NCBI GenBank assembly: GCA_001796495.1
Contig: MGMR01000113.1
Location: 9,233 to 45,197, forward strand
DNA length: 35,965 bases
Reading direction: 5' to 3'
Source: Chloroflexi bacterium RBG_13_51_18
GTDB lineage: Bacteria; Chloroflexota; Dehalococcoidia; Dehalococcoidales; RBG-16-60-22
Each line of letters begins with the position of its first letter. Position 1 is the stretch's first letter. The translations under genes were made by a program, and so were the position numbers. The notes beneath the pieces were generated by a model. It did no database searches. It was given only the letters and a program-made list of their open reading frames with translations, and was not told the DNA's origin. Positions 32,555 to 35,965 of this stretch are shown here, one piece after another.

Positions 32555-34276
32555 ATGACTATAAAAGTTCTTGATAAAGAGACGATTAACCAGATAGCCG
32601 CCGGGGAGGTGGTAGAAAGACCGGCCTCGGTAGTGAAGGAGCTGGTGGAGAACGCCCTCGACGCGGGGTCGACCCAGATCGGGGTGGAGATAAGGGGCGG
32701 GGGCATCCAATTGATTAGGGTCGCCGACAACGGCACAGGAATACCAAGTAACGAGGTGGAGCTGGCTTTCGAGCGGCACGCCACCAGCAAGATAAAAAGT
32801 CCGAAAGACCTGCAGAATATAGCAAGCCTGGGCTTCCGCGGGGAGGCCCTGCCCAGCATCGCCGCCGTAGCCGACGTAGAAATCGTCACCTGCGCCGTCG
32901 GTGAAAAGTCGGGCACCTACATCTCCTTAGAGGGCGGGGTCGTTACCCAAAAGAAAGGCCAGTCGCGCACGCAGGGCACGACGATTACCGTGAGGAACCT
33001 GTTCAAACGCGTACCGGCGCGACTTAAATTCCTGAAATCCGTCCCTACCGAAAGCGGGCACGTGGCTAACGTTATCAGCCAGTACGCCCTCGCCTACCCG
33101 GAGGTCGCCTTCAGCCTGGCGGTCGACGGTAAGGAAAGCTTAAGAACGTCGGGCAAGGGAAAGCTGCTCGATGCGATTATCGACGTTTACGGGGTCGGCA
33201 TCGCCTCTAAAATGATGTCGGTCGACAGCACACAGCAGAGCTGGACGGCAGCCCGGGGGGCTTTAGACATCCACATTGCCGGTATGGCGGGGTCGCCCGA
33301 ATTAGGTCGGGCGGGGCGGGGCTACCTGAGCTTTTTCGTCAACCGGCGCTGGGTGAACAGCAGAACGCTCGCCTGGGCGGTGGAGGAGGCCTACAGCGGA
33401 CTGCTGATGACGGGCAAACACCCGGCGGCGGTCATCGACATTACCATCCCTCCGGACGAGGTGGACGTTAACATTCACCCCGCCAAGAGCGAGGTCAAGT
33501 TCCACAACGACGGCGAGGTCTTCCGGTCGGTGCAGAGGGCAGTCAGGCAGGCCCTGACGGCACAGATGCCGGTGCGGCAGGTTGAAGACGTAGCGGCGCC
33601 GTATAAAGCGACACCAACGCATAGCCTGGAGGGGTTGTGGAGGACAGACACTGCAACCGAAAAGCCTGCAATAATTCCGGGCGAGGCTGCCCCGACATTG
33701 CTGGCGTCGCTGCCAGTATTGAGGGTGGTGGGGCAGGTCATGAATGCGTATATAGTCGCCGAGGGGCCGGACGGACTCTATGTAATCGACCAGCATGCCG
33801 CGCACGAACGGGTGCGCTACGATAAAGTCCAAAAGCAACGGGAACAACGCAGGCCGGAGGTGCAGGGACTGTTGGAGCCGGCAACCTTCGAGGTAACGCC
33901 CCGACAGGACGCGATAATGAAATCGTGTCTGGGGCAACTGTCCGACTTCGGTTTTAATGTGGAGTCGTTCGGCGAAAGAACGTATTTAGTACGCACGGTG
34001 CCGGCCATATTAGCGGGTGACGACTGGTCGGCGATGCTTAAAGAACTGCTGGACACACTGACGGTGGAGGAAAAGAGTAAGTGGGAGGAAAGAATGGTAG
34101 CGTCGATTGCCTGCCACGGAGCGATTAAAAGCGGACAGACCTTAACCGACGAAGAAATGGGGTCGCTGGTACGCCAGCTGGAACAAACGGACAACCCGCA
34201 CACCTGCCCGCACGGTCGGCCAACGATAATCAAACTAAGCGCCGCGCAGCTGGAGCGGGGGTTCGGGCGGGGCTAG
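32555..34276 (+). CDS. mutL: DNA mismatch repair protein MutL (endonuclease-type)
   Basis: GHKL ATPase N-terminus: INQIAAGEVVERPASVVKELVENALDAG, DNGTGI, GFRGEAL. Endonuclease motif DQHAAHERVRYD. C-terminal ACHGAIKSGQ and CPHGRPT. Confidence 0.95.
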   Translation: MTIKVLDKETINQIAAGEVVERPASVVKELVENALDAGSTQIGVEIRGGGIQLIRVADNGTGIPSNEVELAFERHATSKIKSPKDLQNIASLGFRGEALPSIAAVADVEIVTCAVGEKSGTYISLEGGVVTQKKGQSRTQGTTITVRNLFKRVPARLKFLKSVPTESGHVANVISQYALAYPEVAFSLAVDGKESLRTSGKGKLLDAIIDVYGVGIASKMMSVDSTQQSWTAARGALDIHIAGMAGSPELGRAGRGYLSFFVNRRWVNSRTLAWAVEEAYSGLLMTGKHPAAVIDITIPPDEVDVNIHPAKSEVKFHNDGEVFRSVQRAVRQALTAQMPVRQVEDVAAPYKATPTHSLEGLWRTDTATEKPAIIPGEAAPTLLASLPVLRVVGQVMNAYIVAEGPDGLYVIDQHAAHERVRYDKVQKQREQRRPEVQGLLEPATFEVTPRQDAIMKSCLGQLSDFGFNVESFGERTYLVRTVPAILAGDDWSAMLKELLDTLTVEEKSKWEERMVASIACHGAIKSGQTLTDEEMGSLVRQLEQTDNPHTCPHGRPTIIKLSAAQLERGFGRG

Positions 34277-34725
34277 GTTTCCCCCTCCGCCTTCTGATGT
34301 ATCTCCTCCCACCTCACCATGCCATCCTCGATGAGCTGGCGGATTTTCTTCTGGGCGGGGGTCAGCCCGGCGCTTTTGCCTGTCTTTACTTCTAAAATCA
34401 CTATTTCCTGCGGATCGCCTTGAGCCAGACCGGGAAAAACTATCAGGTCGATAGGGCTACCGATAAAGCGCACTTCGGTGGGGTCGTACTTAAAGTCGGG
34501 GAAAAAGGGCACCATCTGCTCGGTGAACTTGCCGCCGAGGACGGCACGACTCTGCTGTACGGCCGACTTACGCGCCTGCTCCATGTCCGCCTGCCATTTC
34601 AGATTTTCAGCATCGCACCAATCTTTAAAGCGTCGTTCGTAGGTGAGTCGGATGATATAACCGGCAACGATGATTATAAAAATAGCCACGACGGCGCTGA
34701 CGGCGATGACGGCGGCGGTTTCCAT
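34273..34725 (-). CDS. Membrane-anchored endonuclease related to archaeal Holliday-junction resolvase (Hjc-like PD-(D/E)xK)
   Basis: N-terminal TM helix (AAVIAVSAVVAIFIIIVAGYII), then GKFTEQMVPFFPDFKYDPTEVRFIGSPIDLIVF..IVILEVKTGKSAGLTPAQKKI. From memory this matches the Pfam Endonuc_Holl family (PF10107). Confidence 0.6.
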   Translation of the reverse strand: METAAVIAVSAVVAIFIIIVAGYIIRLTYERRFKDWCDAENLKWQADMEQARKSAVQQSRAVLGGKFTEQMVPFFPDFKYDPTEVRFIGSPIDLIVFPGLAQGDPQEIVILEVKTGKSAGLTPAQKKIRQLIEDGMVRWEEIHQKAEGET

Positions 34726-34778
34726 GACAGGCCTCCTCGAATAAAAATAGGCTCACGAGGGGTAAAGGGGCGGGGCAA

Positions 34779-35360
34779 TTAAGATTTGGTCTTGCTGCTG
34801 CCGGGCTTGACCAGCGGGACGCCCTTAGCGCAGAGGGGACACTGGTCCGGTCGGTAAGTTACAACCTCGGTGCGATGGCAGGCATAGAACGGAACCGCGA
34901 AGTCGGGTTCTTCCGCCGCGCGGAGAACGAGGACACCAACCCCCACCACAATGCCGCCAAGCTTTTTCACGGCGTCGATAACGTCGCGAACCGAACCGCC
35001 CGTAGTGAGAATATCATCGACAATCAGAACCTTTTCACCGGACTTGATGTGAAAGCCGCGACGGAACACTCGCCCTTTGCCAGAATCATCCCTTTCGGCA
35101 AAGATGCTACGCACGCCCAGCTGGCGCGCCGTCTCGTAAGACAGGATAATGCCGGGGGTGGTGGGGCCGGCAACGACCTGCGCGCCGGAGTTGCGATAAT
35201 GGTCGGCAATCATCTTACACAGCTTCTCCGTGTACTCTGGGTACTGGATGACCAGCGCTTTTTCCCAGTAGACCGGGGAGTGCAGGCCGGAGGTAAGCAG
35301 GAAATGGCCCTTGAGTAAAGCGCCCGACTTCTCGAACATCTGCTCAACGGTAGCCGCCAT
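34779..35360 (-). CDS. pyrE: Orotate phosphoribosyltransferase
   Basis: GHFLLTSGLHSPVYWEK and the PRPP-binding loop VLIVDDILTTGGS. 193 aa. Confidence 0.8.
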   Translation of the reverse strand: MAATVEQMFEKSGALLKGHFLLTSGLHSPVYWEKALVIQYPEYTEKLCKMIADHYRNSGAQVVAGPTTPGIILSYETARQLGVRSIFAERDDSGKGRVFRRGFHIKSGEKVLIVDDILTTGGSVRDVIDAVKKLGGIVVGVGVLVLRAAEEPDFAVPFYACHRTEVVTYRPDQCPLCAKGVPLVKPGSSKTKS

Positions 35361-35383
35361 ACGCGTCCCTCCTCATATGTTTA

Positions 35384-35950
35384 TCAGGTACTGTTGGCTG
35401 TAACCATTATCTGCTCGCCTAAAGGAAAGCTGGGCACCACCCCCCAGTCGGAGGGCGGCCAGGTTACCAGCCAGGCTTTGCCGATGACATTATCGTGCGG
35501 CAAAAACCAGCCCCGGTGCGAATCGTTGCTGACGTCGCGGTTATCGCCGAGGACGAAGTAATTGTCCACGGGCACTACCAGTTTGGGTATAGAATAGCTG
35601 AAAGACCGCTGTACATAGGGCTCGTCCAGATGATAACCGTTGACGTAAACCACCCCGTGTATTATTTCAATGGTATCACCGGGCAGACCGATAACGCGTT
35701 TGATATACTCTTCATCGGGGCTGTCGGGGGCGCTAAAAACAACCACGTCCCCACGCTGCGGCTCTCCCCACCAGTAGACAGCTTTAACCACCACCACACG
35801 CTGACCCTGGAAAAAGTTGGGCTCCATGCTGGTCTGAAAGACCTCATAGGTCTGTATGGTGGCCCTGGCCCCGAAGAATATTGCCAGCGCCAGCGCCACG
35901 GTTATCAGTATTTCACGAACCAGGGGTTTTAATAAAAAATCACGTATCAA
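35384..35950 (-). CDS. lepB: Signal peptidase I
   Basis: N-terminal TM. Catalytic Ser box QTSMEPNF, Lys box KRVIGLPGD, and GDNRDVSNDSH. Confidence 0.9.
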   Translation of the reverse strand: MIRDFLLKPLVREILITVALALAIFFGARATIQTYEVFQTSMEPNFFQGQRVVVVKAVYWWGEPQRGDVVVFSAPDSPDEEYIKRVIGLPGDTIEIIHGVVYVNGYHLDEPYVQRSFSYSIPKLVVPVDNYFVLGDNRDVSNDSHRGWFLPHDNVIGKAWLVTWPPSDWGVVPSFPLGEQIMVTANST

Positions 35951-35965
35951 TTCAAGCTCAATTAT

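Noticed and set aside
33302-33937. 211-aa ORF antisense to mutL
   Set aside because: Shadow ORF inside mutL. The composition is Arg/Pro/His-rich with no motifs.

Overview
Dense, mostly housekeeping chromosomal window from a bacterium. It uses GGAGG-type ribosome-binding sites and many ATGA/GTGA/TTGA start-stop overlaps, and it has a monoderm-style replication set (DnaB, a DnaD-like protein and a DnaC/DnaI-like loader). My guess is Chloroflexota, possibly Dehalococcoidia-like, but this is low-confidence inference.

Layout:
- 1-1404 (minus): rluD (partial), lspA and a DksA/TraR zinc-finger protein.
- 1722-5727: a SemiSWEET, a coiled-coil hypothetical, yggS, and a 706-aa Kelch-like/FN3 surface protein.
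- 5886-8972 (plus): a NuoE/NuoF/short-NuoG-like flavin/Fe-S module with no catalytic partner.
- 18165 down to 8969 (minus): one co-directional array of GNAT, M20 amidohydrolase, Fe-S activase ATPase, plsX, trxA, trxB, rplI, dnaB, a dnaD-like gene and a tandem-duplicated dnaC-like loader.
- 18447-23386 (plus): nusA, ylxR, infB, rbfA, truB.
- 23563-26470 (plus): an inositol-lipid trio of MIPS, a PimA-like GT4 and a CDP-alcohol phosphatidyltransferase.
- 26567-35950: purA, a GNAT, a solitary RHH gene, pcrA, an AT-rich single-gene islet encoding a long-form PIMT-like methyltransferase, mutL, a membrane-anchored Hjc-like nuclease, pyrE and lepB.

I found no rRNA, tRNA, CRISPR array, transposase or integrase.

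I do not see an obvious multi-gene novel system such as a defence island. The most unusual items I can support from the sequence are:
- the covalently duplicated AAA+ helicase loader;
- the methyltransferase islet bracketed by an ~80-bp duplicated promoter element;
- the partner-less NuoEFG-like module;
- the partner-less activase translationally coupled to plsX;
- the C-terminal sorting-signal-like tail of the surface protein.

All family assignments come from motifs read by eye. No database search was run.
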